DNA of 56,094 nt, from NCBI RefSeq assembly GCF_000281045.1, contig NW_008246077.1:216675-272768 (forward strand). Direction: 5' to 3'. This stretch comes from Saprolegnia diclina VS20 (Eukaryota). Each line of letters opens with the position of its first letter. Position 1 is the stretch's first letter. A program made the position numbers and the translations under genes. Below the pieces are notes generated by a model that worked only from the letters and a program-made list of their open reading frames with translations, made no database searches and had not been told where the DNA came from. Below are positions 11,441-22,194 of the stretch, piece by piece.

Positions 11441-12128
11441 GCTGCGCCAATTGCCAAGTGCGCAATCGGTGGTGCATGGCGGCCTTCTCCCTACCAAAGT
11501 TTATACGACTGCCACGGGCAAAGATTGGTCCATGACAAAAAAGGGTACACACACCAAATTCAACCTGTGAGAGGTCTAAATCCACGCAATTTAAGTGGCA
11601 GAGGGAGCTGACGAGCGTTGCTCACACCGCGGCCGGTGGCAAAGGACACGGCAACTGTAAGCAGCTGTACGTATTAAGCTCGCCGTCACCTGTAGCAAGC
11701 AATACGCAACCGTGTACAGTAGCCCAGCAGTGTGCTTTTCAAAATCTACGTAGACCACGTCCACTGGGCTGCACTCGCCAAGTGTCCACTATATTGAGTA
11801 CGCAGTACATCTCGTACACCAACCTATCGCCTCCACAATGCGCTTCCACGGACGTGCACCTCTGGAGCCTCATCCAGGATGTGCTCCAGTGCACCTTTTG
11901 TGTCAATCACCTCCTGATCCGAGCCAGCGCGCGTCGAGTTGCGTGTTTTTAAACCTCCCCACGTGGGCATTTGCGCCGACCCCCCTTTTTGTCGCATCGA
12001 GGCGTGCGGCAACTCCATCGTTCGACGCTCGCCAAGGTCACTTGCGGTTTGTATGGCCAACTTCGACGTTCAGCGCTCATGTATCTTTGCTGAAGATGAT
12101 GGAGCGTTGGTATTAGCATTCGAAATGG

Positions 12129-14014
12129 TTAGAAGAACGGGTTGATGCCTTGGTTGTTGTTGTTGCCCTGCTGCTGCGATTGCTGCTGGGGCGGGAACCC
12201 GCGCGCGGGCTGCTGCTGCATCGAGTTCATGGCGCCAAAGCTGCCAAAGCGGTTGTCTTGCGGCGGCGCTTGGCCCATGTTCATACCCATCGTACCGGGT
12301 GGGGCCATGCCTGCGTTCGGCTGGCCCATCATACCGCCCATGTTGAACATCGGGCGCGGGCCCGACGAGCCGTTGCTGCCAAAGTTGCCGGGCGCCGGCG
12401 CGTTGCCACCCATCATGTTTGGTGGCGGCATGCCATTGAAGCCACCCATTGACCGCGGGTTCGAGCCGTAGCCACCGGGAGCTGCACCACCCATCGAGTT
12501 CACGCCCGGTGGAGCACCACCAAAGCCACCGGCGGGCGCACCAAAGCCGGGCTGGCCACCAAAGCCGTTGTTGCCAGGCTGGCCAAAGCCACCAGCGGCG
12601 GGTTGACCGCCAAAGTTGGGCTGCCCGCTAAAGCCACCAGCGGCGGGTTGACCACCGAAGTTGGGCTGGCCTCCGAAGCCACCAGCGGCGGGCTGACCGC
12701 CAAAGTTGGGCTGCCCGCCGAAACCGCCGGCATTAGGCTGACCGCCAAAGCTGGGCGGACCACCGGCGTTCGGCTGGCCACCAAAGTTGGGCTGGCCACC
12801 AAAGTTGGGCTGGCCACCAAAGTTGGGCTGGCCACCAAAGTTGGGCTGGCCACCGAAACCGCCAGCATTCGGAGGACCACCAAAGCCACCGGGCTGACCT
12901 CCAAAGTTGGGCTGACCGCCGGGCTGGCCGCCAAAGTTGGGCTGACCACCGGGCTGGCCGTTAAAGTTGGGCTGGCCGCCAAAGCCGGGCATGGGCGCGC
13001 CGCCAAATTGAGGCTGGCCCTGGGGCATCATGCCACCATACGGGTTCGGAGGCGCCGCCGGTGGCCCGAAGCTGGCCATGATGTTGTTCTTCGCGGTTTC
13101 GTGTGTCGGTGGCGCAGGCGCTTGCAAGAACGCGTCACCAGACGGAGCCTTGGACTGACTGCCAAACTGAGAGCTGCCCGTAAAGCCGCCCCAGTCGTCT
13201 TGCTTGGGGGCGGCGGCCGCGGGGGCGGGCGGAGGCGGAGCAAACGGATCGAACGGGGGGTTGGCCGGTGCGCCGAAGTTGCCAAAGGTTGATGCTGTGG
13301 CCGCAGCAGCGGGCGCTGCCGAAAAGTCGCCAAAGTTGAGAATATCGGCAGCAGGGGCGGCCTTGGGTGCGGCCTTGGGGGCTGCCTTGCCGCTGCCCGT
13401 TCGTCGTGACGGCGCTACGTTTGTTGCGAATCAGACGTTTTTCTTTCATGCTGCAGGTACATACCCGGCTCGCGCTCTTCTTCGGACGCTTCGCTTTCGT
13501 ATTCTTGCTTCTTGGCCTTGCCGCTGCCCGTTCTCCGGGCGCTCGGGCCGTCGTCGCCTTCACGGCCCACAAATCGCTTGCGTTCGTACTTGTCGCGAAT
13601 CCACATTTCCTTGTCACGCACGGACGAGTGCTCTGTCGGGATGCGGTAGTCGCGCGGGACGCAGGCTTCGTAGTACTCTTTCGCCTTGGCGTTGCCCCAT
13701 TTTTGCATTTGCTACACGCGTGGGCTACATGAGCACAGATCGTCCTGCCTGCATCATGGACGTACCGTGACTTGGTCGGACGTCCATGCGTCCAAGTTGA
13801 CACTGCGCACAAACGTGAGGTGTACGCCGAGGCTGCGGTGGATGCCCGAGCACGCAATGCAGATGAACACGCCGAGGTTGATCGACGCCCAGCGCGGGCC
13901 GCGGGCGCCGCAGTCGGCGCAGAACCTGTTCTCGTCGCGCTTCATGAGCTCATCTAAGATCTTCTTGAGCTTCGTCTGGTCGTCGGGCTTGCCCGACTTG
14001 GTCTTCGACGCCAT
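12129..14014 (-). CDS. ArfGAP (SMAP/AGD5-like GAP domain) with G/Q/P/N/F-repeat tail, 3 exons
   Basis: [38 protein letters not shown] (CxxC-x16-CxxC-x4-R), [11 protein letters not shown]. Tail contains FGDF, DPF, WGGF and ends NPFF. Confidence 0.95.
12590..12985 (-). repeat. Coding tandem repeat (18-bp unit encoding GGQPNF, plus longer composite units)
   Basis: CCACCAAAGTTGGGCTGG repeated in tandem around 12777-12850, with variants on both sides. Confidence 0.9.
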
Positions 14015-14642
14015 GGCCAAATCGAGAATAAAAGACGCTGGCCGAGCAGCGGTGTGAAACACCTCAACGTCACACGATTCAATTACATACAAACGCCAAG
14101 ATATCAATAAATGTGCGATTAAAAATAGATCCATACAAAGCCCATGTACCCCGCGAAACGAACGCCAGTCACCTCGACCGCCGATCGAATACGTGGCAGC
14201 CCTGCAGTGGCCTCTCAGCTCTTATTTGGGTGCCCGAGCTCGTAGGCCTGTCGGTGGAAGGCTACGGGACGTCGCGCGTCTGCGCCCCACGTCACGGGCC
14301 AGCGTATCTTTTGCATTCTGTTCTGTGGCAACCCCTTTGAGTACACTGTCTGGTTGCTGGTGGAGATTCTGTGTGCGGGACGATCGTCGGGCGCGACGAG
14401 GATCTTTTATCACTCGACGAGCGCCATTTCGTAGACGCGCTAAAGTCAACACAGACGTCCTTGGGCCTCTCGTGTCGCCAAGAGTCAGTCGCGCACCGAC
14501 TAGGCTTACGTGTCGCTCGCGCTTCAACCTCCGGCTTGGAGTTGAAGTAACACTATTTTATATTTCGTACACGAAATGAAAACGCCAATATCGTGTGCAT
14601 CTCATTTTAGTGTCACGCTTCCGAGGATAAAGTTGCGCTCGC

Positions 14643-16565
14643 ATGACGGTGCACAAGCCCAACAAGCGACGCGACAGCGCAACGAAGCGCCAGCGCAGCA
14701 AGCCGCCGCCAGAGACGCCCTCGAGCCGCCCGCCGCTACCGCCTCTGGAGATCCATGCGCCGCCAGCAGCTGTCGCGATTACGAGCCCGATCATGATTGC
14801 CGCGCGGCCGCCACCGCTGGTGATCCCGCCGCTGTCGATGCCCGCCGCCGCACCGACGCCACGCCGGACGCCATCGTCGCGGCCGTCGTCGCCTCGACAA
14901 AAGGTCAACCTCGCGCCGCAGCGCGCGCTGCTCGTGGACTTTTTGTACCGCGAAGTGTTTGGCATCATGGAGATCAAAGAGAGCGAAGGACCGCACAACC
15001 AGCAGCGCGTCGTCAACTTTCTCAAGTCGTTTGTCGAAATCGAAAAGCTCGTGCTCTACGGCCTCCTCCTCTGCATCGACAGCTTCATCTACGTCTTCAC
15101 GTACCTCCCGCTGCGCATCGTCCTCGCGCTCGGCTCGGGCGTCGTCTCGATCTTTTACAAGCGCACGTTCCGCCGGTCGCACATGCACGACATGCTCCTC
15201 GCGATCATCATGGTGCTCAGCACGAGCGTCTTGTACCAAGTGGACATGTCCCGCGTGTACCACTTGATCCGCGGCCAAGCACTCATCAAGCTCTACGTGC
15301 TCTTTACGATGCTCGAGGTCGATATAGTCGTCGACCATATTTCGCTCAAAATCGGTGTAGATTGTCGACAAGCTCTTTTGCTCGCTGGGCCAAGACGTGC
15401 TGGACGCCATGTACTTTACTGTCAAGTTCCAGCCGCGCCGCATTGGCCGCATGACGTTTGACTTCACCATCTGCAGTCTCTACGTCGATATCCTTTTCCG
15501 ACTCGTCTTGTCTTGCTAGTTCGTTTTGTCGTCTTCTTGCTACAGCTCGATGTGTACTGCTGCACTCGCTCCTCCTCTTTGGCCAGGTCGTGACGATGAA
15601 CGTGGCGATCCACTCGAGCTCGACGTCGCTCCTCACGCTCCTCATCTCCAACAACTTTGCCGAGCTCAAGGTCCCCCCGATTTCCGAGTTCTTTTGTGTC
15701 CGATTAGACGATATGGATGTCTAGACAAGTGTGTTCAAAAAGTTTGAGGAGCAAAACCTCTTTCAGATTGCATGCAGCGGTACGTCTGGCTAAACAAACG
15801 CAGATGCGTCACTCGGGTCGTAGATATCGTCGAGCGGTTCAAACTCATGCTCATCATCGGCCTCATCTTGCTCCAGTCCGACGGCAAGGACGTGGCCGAT
15901 GGCACGGTAGCTCATTCCTCGGCAACGCAACCGATGCACCGTCGCTTCGTAGGCCATGGTACTGCTAGCCGAGATGCTCATCGACTGGATCAAGCACGCA
16001 TTCATCACCAAGTTCAACCAAATCCCGCCGAGCGTCTACTCCAAGTTCATGACGATTCTGTGTCGGGACGTCTCGGGCTACCGGAGCGACTCGGTCTTTC
16101 TTCTTCTCAGAAGAGTCGTCACTCACGTCAGATCGCATAGACGATCCAAGACCACACGCAGTTTGTATCGCGCCGCCTCGGGCTCATCTCACTTCCGCTT
16201 GCGTGCGTCACGGTGCGCATGGTGCACGAGGCGCTCAAGGACGCCGAGACGGCCGCGTCGCTTGAGGGCGACTGGGCGTTCACCATGTCGCGACCTGCGT
16301 GGGCGGTCATCCTAGTGCTCGCGTTCGTTTGCCTCAGCGCCTTCAAGGTCGTCGTTGTCGATCCTGCCATCGCGTCGATTATGGTCGGCTAAGGATGCTT
16401 CGCATGTAGGTTTTGCTTAGTCTCTGGCTCATGGTGCATGCGTGTCTCTCGGGGCGCCTGAGCTCGTCGTGGAAGTCGGCCCCACCCTCGTCGCCCCGTG
16501 CCCGTGCGCCGCGAGAGTCCGTGGCCACGCCGGTCGCCGATCCCACATCGCGCTTCTCCATCTAA
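14643..16565 (+). CDS. TAPT1: TAPT1/EMP65 (DUF747) ER membrane protein, multi-exon, including one AT-AC intron
   Basis: CIDSFIYVFTYLPLR, YHLIRGQALIKLYVLF, LLTLLISNNFAELK..SVFKKF, DIVERF, EMLIDWIKHAFITKFN. Last exon ends PTSRFSI* at 16565. Confidence 0.93.
15488..15557 (+). other. U12-type (minor spliceosome) AT-AC intron, 70 bp
   Basis: Donor ATATCCTTTT, acceptor ...GTGTAC. Removal joins LYV-G|TG-LHSLLLFGQVVTMNVA in frame, restoring the conserved TAPT1 helix. Confidence 0.88.
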
Positions 16566-16626
16566 GTCCCAACCGGGCGCAAAAGGACGACTGCATTCGA
16601 ATCGAGTCAATCTCTGTCTATCGCTC

Positions 16627-18699
16627 TCACAAGACGTGGCCGACAGGACCCATGGGCTGGGCATGCACGGACGGCAGCACCACTTCTTGGGTGTCGAGGA
16701 ACGTCGCTTCGTACACGTTGCCATCGTATGCGTACCGAATGTACCTACGCACGCAGCACTATATGAGGCACTGATGATGGAAGCGGCACTGTAGCGCACA
16801 GCTGCGGGCCATTCGTCGGCACTTGCGGGTCGTAGAGACCAATGCACGGGTCGTAGAACCCGAGCAAGCCGGCCTTGGACGTGGCTTGGAGGTGCAAGCA
16901 CCCGTCCTATGTGGCATGGTCTTCCTCGTGGTCCTGCACACCTCATATGTACCTGGAGGAAGAAGCGGAGCGGGATTGTCACGTCGATGTTGACATCTTC
17001 GATCGACGACGGAAGTCCATCTTGCGCCGTCTACAGGCCGCGACATGCAAACACGGCAAGGGGAACATGGTGCAATGTACCGTCGGGTGCTTGCCGTAGC
17101 GCGCGACCAGAATCTCAATGCCGTGCTCGGTCGCCTCCTTCGTGGCGGTGCGGGCCATGAGCGTTTGTTGCGCAAGCGCACAGCGCCGGGCTTCCATGAG
17201 GTACGAGATGCGACGGGCGTGTTCCGACTGCACTTGGCTAGTTGCAATATCAACTTGATACCTTGTTTCATAAAACCTCTGGCATACCGCTGTTGCTTGC
17301 GCTTTTGCGCCGGCCGAAGCACTTGGCGCACGACGGCTGAGAGCACAAACGGTAGCGTCGCCGCAAAGAACGTGTTCCAAGCCGTCGCGGCCGAGAGCGG
17401 GGCGATCGCGATTGGAATCGCAAACCGCACGTTGCCCCGCGCGAGTCTACCATTTTACGAATAGTATCAAGGTGTCAAGACATCGATAGGGCCGACCCGA
17501 AGCGAAGGTTGATGCCTTGGAGCGCGAGACGCAAGGCGATGCTGACGCGGCTCCGGCGCGACACTTGGGACGTGGTCGTGAGCACCATGCCGACGTTGCC
17601 GAGGCTTGCATCGACACCGACCTTGGCCGACGTGTGGGACGTCACTTGCTTCTTGAGGTTCACGCCAAGATGCGGGCCGTCGTTCTGGATCGCGAGCGAC
17701 GTTCCGGCCTCCATCGACTCGTCCTGGTACTGCAAGCTCGACTTGAGACCGTCATGGATGCTAAAGAGCATGCTCGCTATATATCGCACTTCAGTATCAA
17801 TGTATCAGGATGGCAAACGTCGTACCTTGCAGCGGCAGCGTGGGCGAGAGACGCAGCGCGTGGTGCACACCGACCGTCATGTCGAGGCCGTCGGTCGTGA
17901 GCTCGGGCATGAGAAAGCACGACGTCGTCGACGACATGGGTTGCTCCTACAGACGCGAACAGCGTCACATTATAGAAAACACGAGGAAGAGAGGTACGAG
18001 GTGCACGCTGAGCTTGGGCGTCCAGCCCATCTCGGACGAGAGGTATATCCGCAGCGCGGCTGGGTCGGCCGTCACGTAGTTGATGCCGCACGTGAGCGCG
18101 CCGAGGCCGAGGCCGTCCTTGTCGTAGAGGTACCCGCCAAGCACGACCGTGGTGTGTGGCGACACTTGGATGTTGGTCGATTGGCGCATGACCATTTGCG
18201 AGATGCTGAGCATGCGGTGGTCCTTGTTGAAGATCTGGCGCAGCGAGAAGAGCGGGAAGCGCACAAAGTCGGTCGCGTCAATGCTCACTTCGCAGTCGGT
18301 ATGCGAGAGGAACTGCGCCTGGATATGCTTTTCGTTCCAGCGGCGCAGCAAGATGCGGACGCGCTCCTCAACGTCGGCGTCCTTGGCCACATACGTACCG
18401 AGCGTCCAGTCGGCCGTCTTGTCCTCCTCAAGCGCCAAGACGCCCCGCTCGCCGTAGTTGTCGTAGGCCAAGCGCAATGGCGCCGACGAAAGCACCTTGT
18501 ACGCGCGGTCCAAGCGCGGGTACTCTTGGTTCGCCTCGTCCGTGTGCTTGGTCTTGTCCGGGTGGAACTCGCGGCTCAGCGCGAAGAAGGCCTTGCGCAC
18601 CTCGTCCGCGGTCGCACTCCGGCTCACGTTGAGCGCTGCGTAGTAGTCGACCTCGGGCGTCGCCTTGAACCAGACGCGGGGCAGCGGTTCGTCGGCCAT
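16627..18699 (-). CDS. DNAJC11: DnaJ homolog subfamily C member 11 (J-domain + DUF3395 C-terminus), multi-exon
   Basis: DYYAALNVSRSATADEVRKAFFALSREFHPDK (HPD motif), RLAYDNYGERG. C-terminal ILVARYG...DVTIPLRF...FYDPC. Confidence 0.9.
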
Positions 18700-18851
18700 C
18701 AGAGTCGTCGATTGGGGAAGCCACTGGCCCGTATAATTATCCGGATGGTATCCGCATACGAGCGCAAGTGCATGCTCATGCTCGTGGCAGCGCCGCCGCC
18801 ATGCCGTTGGGGTCGAGATCGCATTGCGCTAAGATCTATTATAATAAACTA

Positions 18852-20086
18852 CTAGTCGTCCATTTCCGGGCACAAGAACGTGGCTTCGACGAGGCCGTTC
18901 AAGCGGGCTTCGCGCGGGTTGAGCGGCGCGAGGAGGTCCGTCTCGGTCTCGCGCGACTTCATGAGGCAGTAGAAGCAGACACGGACACGGCACGTTTTAG
19001 CGTCGTTCAGGCCCGTGGGCACGTGCACTTTGGTGTTGCATTTGCGGCAAATGACTTCGCCGCACATGCGGCAGTGGTGGCGCCGGAGCATGAGCCGAAA
19101 CGTGTCGGTGCACACCGAGCACTCGGTCCGGTCCGTGTCGCGGACCCACTTTTCAGTGCCAATGATTGCGAGCTTGGCGAGACGCATGCTCTCGGCGTAG
19201 GTGCGGATGTTGATGAGCCGGTCGATCACGTGGTCGTGGAAGGCTTGGAGCTTGGGCCGCGACGTGCCCGGGGCCTTCCAGTCAATGTGCGCTGCATACG
19301 TCACCTCGACCACGTGCGGCGTCGAGGTTTCCATGACCAGATATGCTTCGCAGCGAACCGACGCGCGGGAATACCTAGCATATTGCTCATGAGTTTTGCT
19401 CCGACTCGAATTGTCTGTCCGTACTCTGGCTTGGGGGGGCAGACGCCGAGGCGAATGGACTCGACGACGCGGTACCCCATCCACGAGTCGTCGTCCATGC
19501 GCGAGACGTCCGTGTAGTCGAGGCTCACAAAGTCAAAGGTGTGTGGGTGGTCGATCATGCCCTTCACGGCCATCCATTTGAGGCCGCAATGGAAAAAGTT
19601 GCCCTCGCTGCGAATGAGGTCGAGCACCTTGGCGTCGACGACGTGGTCGCCCATGATGATGCGCTGGTTGGCGAGAAACTCGTCCGAGGTCGGGCTGCAC
19701 AGCAGCTTCATGACGTCCTTGACGGTCCCGTTCACGCGCACAGTGGCCCGGACGTCCTCCCAGTGCAATGGCGACGCAAAGACGTCGACGCCGAGCTTGG
19801 ACTTGACGAGCGCGCGTGCGACCGACCCGTCCTTGGAGGCAAAGTCCAGCGCCGCGTGTTGGCGCGACTGGATGTAGCGGTAGCACGTCGACTTTTCGGC
19901 GGCGCTCAGCAGCGACGAGCGCTCGTGGATGACCGGCGGCGCCGCCGACGACCGCGCGGGTCGGTCGTAGACCGCCGAGATGCGGTCATCGACCAGCACG
20001 ACGCTCTTGGTGCGCGACGTCGGCGGCTGGCGGCGCGGCTCGTCCCGGACGCCGCTGGCAATGCTATGGCTCTTCCCTCGCAGCAT
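18852..20086 (-). CDS. START-like domain + FYVE zinc-finger protein (oomycete-type), 2 exons
   Basis: WVRDTDRTECSVC...RRHHCRMCGEVICRKC...RVRVCFYC FYVE motif. N-terminal part has the VNGTVKDVM...LKWMA...DFVSLDY START-like pattern. GT-AG intron near 19376-19424 reconciles the frames. Confidence 0.88.
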
Positions 20087-21616
20087 CGACCCTCTCGCAA
20101 CACTGGCCAATTCGAGACTGACGGGCGGATTTCCCACATGTGAAAAATTCTCCACCCTGTTACACAGCGTTGCGTGCGATGTGGGGGCCCTACCAGAAAA
20201 CCAGCTGGTTTGCGCTCTCCCGCAAGCTCTGCCACTGCAATGCCGAGATCGTTTGCCAGCTGCTCGCATGCAAGCTTCCTCACCTCACGACGCAGTGTCT
20301 CCTGTGAGTTATGCATGCGAGGCCGAGCGACAGGGAGCAACCGCCTCTGTGGTACGATCGCACCTGCATCTCGCTGCGGTGGTCGAACCCACTGAACCGA
20401 TTCCATTCCAAGCGCCAAAATGACGTGGCACGCGGAGAGAACGCATCTCATCTCCTGCTGGACCTCATGGATCTCGCGCCGCACAGTGTCGACAAAGAGG
20501 AATGCGATTCCGACCCCGCCACGCACATTTCACACGGTGCTTGAAGCGGGAGACAACAAGATGCATGGGACGCTGGACGTATGTGTACAGGCGAATGGAT
20601 GTCTTGCCCGCAAGAGCTTCGCGACGTTCCTTCTGCACCCATGGACGAGCCACGTTCGTTGGCGACCGACGTGTGCAACACGTTATCGACGCCTTGCCAC
20701 GCTCGCTCGGTCTTTCGACTGCTCACTGGTTCGACTCAGAGTGGGCGTGGAGAGCCTGTAGGCGGACCGGCTCTGCTTGGAATCGCTTGTTGACAATGAT
20801 CAATGCAGCTGTATTCCATCACGTAGCCCCACCTGCGCCAGCAGTACCGGTACTCCCTCCAGTGTCTTTGTATATCGTTATACGATATCGGCTCGGGTGG
20901 TGAGGCGGTGCTCGACAAGCGGCTTACGCGGTAGGTACGACGCGCGTAGTCCCATTGAAGCAACCTACTAATAGCTCGGTCAACCGTCAATAGGCTGCAC
21001 GCCGCAAGAGGCTGGCGTAAAGCAGTCGCCTGTTCCAGCACGTACTAATTCGATCGAATGCTGGACTCGTGCGACGCACCAGGTAAGTTGGAACACTGAT
21101 AAGGTTTTGTCATCCTCGCACTGGTACTGCTACACGGGATCTTGGCCAGAGAGCTCTGGCGTGGCAGCCTTGTTGAAATGAGTTATCAACATGAAATTAG
21201 AAAGATGGAAATGGCGGACTTCCTAATGCGCTCGTGACTGTTGTGTCAGGCTGCGGTTGCATGGTTTTGGTTCCGGATTGTGCGGGGGACGAGGTAGCGA
21301 TCACACCAAGGGTCGGCGCGAAGAGCGTTGAGCGACTCGGCAAGCGATGGCACCGACGAGCCAAGTGCCGGACATGCAATCGTGTAATAGTAGCTACCTT
21401 GATCGCGAGCGCAGCAGCGGGAACGTTTGTCAACGTCGTGCGTGCCAGCCTTGTCACCAGAACGCCAGCCACCACAGCCAAGAGCTCGTACAGGGTACCA
21501 TGCTTCTCTCAGCCACGCTACCGACAAAGCCTTCCTGTGGCAAAGACGAGGTAATCACGACGGACGCGTCGAGTAGCATTGCAAAAGGATTGTATTTGTA
21601 TCGACATGGACGCCGA

Positions 21617-21716
21617 NNNNNNNNNNNNNNNNNNNNNNNNNNNNNNNNNNNNNNNNNNNNNNNNNNNNNNNNNNNNNNNNNNNNNNNNNNNNNNNNNNNN
21701 NNNNNNNNNNNNNNNN
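21617..21716. other. Assembly gap (100 N)
   Basis: Run of N. Confidence 1.
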
Positions 21717-22194
21717 ATTTTTTCCTACTTTTCCATGGCGATGATCAGATTGGAATGAAAGGCGATAATTGGCGGCGACTTCCTTTTGCACCGGCATCAT
21801 TCAAAGGACTCTGAACATATATATCCATGAAATGTATATCCATGTACTCCGATGTACCACTGTTGTGCCGTCACCACTTTCTTCGTCGCTCATCATTTCG
21901 TCGGCATCATGCGAGTCAAACCTGGGATTAATACCCCAGGTGAAGCAGTGGAATTTCGATAGCTTCGTAGTTTGCGACCAGGAAGAGCTGGGTTCGATTT
22001 GCCGCGTTTTCTGCAGTAGATACAAGTGAATTCATGGGAGCTGTTCATCATCATAATCACGGCTCCGGGGCCTAACACGAATTGGTTGTTTTGCCGCGCG
22101 TTGCTGCAGTTTAGTGTTACGAAACCTATTTTAGGGCGTCCGTTTTGAAGCGTTCGGAAAGGCGTTGTCAGTGCTTATATCTGCCTCACCAAAC

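Noticed and set aside
12590..12985. CRISPR-like or satellite array
   Set aside because: No unique spacers; units are multiples of 3 and encode the ArfGAP GGQPNF tail.
17509..18855. 448-aa plus-strand ORF and other long antisense ORFs (e.g. 5575-6750, 10788-11570, 26244-27236)
   Set aside because: Shadows of GC3-rich genes on the opposite strand; no domains.
20728..20740. tRNA T-loop-like GGTTCGACTC
   Set aside because: No cloverleaf stems or A-box around it; no tRNA or rRNA was recognised in the window.
21040..21616. Possible hAT/BED-finger transposase remnant (W..RAKCRTC)
   Set aside because: Only half a motif, no TIRs found, and adjacent to a gap; not supportable.
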